Shown here piece by piece: positions 62,867 to 64,000 of a stretch of 64,000 nucleotides of DNA. Below the pieces are notes generated by a model. It saw nothing but the letters and a program-made list of their open reading frames with translations, did no database searches and was not told the DNA's origin. Position numbers and translations under genes: made by a program. The DNA comes from Sulfolobales archaeon (GTDB lineage: Archaea; Thermoproteota; Thermoprotei_A; Sulfolobales; Desulfurococcaceae). Numbering within the stretch: position 1 is the stretch's first letter; each line of letters begins with the position of its first letter. The DNA is taken from NCBI GenBank assembly GCA_025059075.1, contig JANXDZ010000006.1:1169-65168 (forward strand), read 5' to 3'.

Positions 62867-64000
62867 ATGGCTCTCTATGGAATACCTGTACTAGTGTTAA
62901 AGGAAGGCACTCAGAGAACTACCGGTAGAGATGCCTTAAGAGCTAATATAATGGCTGCAAGAGTGCTAGCCGAAGTCCTTAAGTCAAGCCTTGGGCCAAG
63001 AGGCTTAGATAAAATGCTTGTTGATAGCTTTGGTGATATAACTGTAACTAACGATGGAGCAGCCATAGTTAAGGAGATGGAGGTTCAACATCCTGCAGCT
63101 AAGCTGCTAGTAGAAGTTGCTAAAGCACAGGACGCTGAAGTAGGTGATGGAACTACTAGTGCTGTTGTTCTTGCTGGAACTCTCTTAGCTAAATCTGAAG
63201 AACTCCTCGATCAAAATATACATCCAACATTAATTATTGAAGGCTATACTAGGGCTATGCAAAAGGCCCTTGAAGTCCTGAGTGAAATAGCTGAACAAGT
63301 TAATCCAGAGGACAGAAGCATTCTCAGGAAGGTTGTTGATACAGCTATAGCTAGCAAGTACATAGGTAGTGGAGTAGTGAAGGATAAGCTCGCAAGCATA
63401 GCTATAGACGCTGTACTAGCTATAGCTGAAAAAGATCCGAGCGGTAGGTACAACGTTAGACTTGATGACGTGAAGATAGAGAAGAAGAAGGGCGGAAGCG
63501 TCTTAGACACTCAGTTAGTTTATGGCATTGTTCTTGATAAGGAAGTAGTTCATCCAGGTATGCCTAGGAGAGTTGAGAAAGCAAAAATAGCACTACTAGA
63601 TGCACCACTAGAAGTAGAAAAACCAGAGATATCCGCTAAAATAAACATTACTTCACCTGATGCAATTAAGAAGTTCCTAGATGAGGAAGCACAACTGCTT
63701 AAGGATATGGTTGATAGAATTGCTAGTGTTGGTGCTAATGTAGTTATATGCCAGAAGGGTATTGATGAAGTAGCACAACACTTCTTAGCTAAAAAAGGAA
63801 TACTAGCTGTAAGAAGAGTAAAGAGAAGCGATATGGAGAAACTAGAAAGAGCAACAGGAGGAAGAATAGTTTCAAGTGTTCGTGATTTAACTGAAAACGA
63901 CTTGGGTTATGCTGAACTAGTTGAAGAAAGAAAGGTGGGCAACGATAAAATGGTATTTGTAGAGGGATGCAGGAACCCTAAGTCAGTAACTATATTAGTG
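62867..64000 (+). CDS. ths: thermosome (group II chaperonin) subunit; 3' part runs off the window
   Basis: Own translation from ATG at 62867: [104 protein letters not shown]. Open to the window end. Confidence 0.9.
   Translation, partial: MALYGIPVLVLKEGTQRTTGRDALRANIMAARVLAEVLKSSLGPRGLDKMLVDSFGDITVTNDGAAIVKEMEVQHPAAKLLVEVAKAQDAEVGDGTTSAVVLAGTLLAKSEELLDQNIHPTLIIEGYTRAMQKALEVLSEIAEQVNPEDRSILRKVVDTAIASKYIGSGVVKDKLASIAIDAVLAIAEKDPSGRYNVRLDDVKIEKKKGGSVLDTQLVYGIVLDKEVVHPGMPRRVEKAKIALLDAPLEVEKPEISAKINITSPDAIKKFLDEEAQLLKDMVDRIASVGANVVICQKGIDEVAQHFLAKKGILAVRRVKRSDMEKLERATGGRIVSSVRDLTENDLGYAELVEERKVGNDKMVFVEGCRNPKSVTILV

Noticed and set aside
43580-63510. Antisense ORFs 43580..43834, 43910..44164, 44840..45268, 46372..46563, 47392..47634, 49051..49245, 50007..50189, 52495..52719, 53306..53527, 55277..55699, 56514..56723, 56877..57083, 58684..59025, 59536..59823 and 63244..63510
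   Set aside because: All are opposite better-supported genes. 49051..49245 competes with the equally weak 48968..49168, so that interval is left as uncertain.
1-64000. Search by eye for tRNA, rRNA, SRP/RNase P RNA and CRISPR arrays
   Set aside because: I saw no T-loop GTTCRANYC contexts with matching acceptor stems, no extended GC-rich structured blocks, and no regularly spaced direct repeats. Absence cannot be proven without tRNAscan/Infernal/CRISPR finders.

Overview
Densely coding, AT-rich archaeal chromosomal window. The gene set looks crenarchaeal/TACK-like: GatDE, Nop5-fibrillarin, S30e, aEF-1beta, thermosome, archaeal-type riboflavin synthase and GTP cyclohydrolase III. I support about 70 protein genes. 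By eye I recognised no rRNA, tRNA, CRISPR array, integrase or transposase.

Gene order, left to right:
- 1-5.8 kb: CDC48 (truncated at the window edge), a translation/tRNA block (Zn-ribbon, aEF-1beta, Pth2, TruD), NadE, one unknown, DeoC.
- 5.9-19.3 kb: hypE-hypC-hypF followed by a 14-gene group-4 membrane-bound [NiFe]-hydrogenase/Mrp-antiporter cluster.
- 19.3-31.6 kb: a sugar or sugar-acid utilisation island. It holds an epimerase, PfkB kinase, TatA/TatC, MDR dehydrogenase, amidohydrolase, a CUT1-type ABC transporter with two ATPases, and an FAH-family enzyme.
- 31.7-46.3 kb: YkgJ-like protein, enolase, gatE-gatD, rps30e (absent from the ORF track), nop5-fibrillarin, COG1395-type HTH protein, THEP1 NTPase, Trm1, two small unknowns, Lhr-like helicase.
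- 46.3-50.6 kb: a PP-loop/Fe-S (PAPS-reductase-like) protein and an uncharacterised cluster (RHH-PIN-like fusion, intact vWA, degenerate vWA).
- 51.1-56.3 kb: riboflavin operon (ribB-ribC-ribH-arfA) and tldD-pmbA.
- 56.4-62.8 kb: a run of unknowns, including a tightly overlapping four-gene operon that ends in a PPP Ser/Thr phosphatase.
- 62.4-64.0 kb: a CxxC-less thioredoxin-fold protein and a thermosome subunit (truncated at the window edge).

Best candidates for undescribed biology:
- the phosphatase-terminated operon of unknowns (57.5-61.0 kb);
- the RHH-PIN/vWA/degenerate-vWA cluster (48.4-50.6 kb);
- the redox-dead thioredoxin-fold gene next to the thermosome;
- the hybrid architecture of the hydrogenase/Mrp complex, including a 62-nt perfectly identical tract shared by its two antiporter paralogues.

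All functional calls come from motif recognition by eye. No database search was run.
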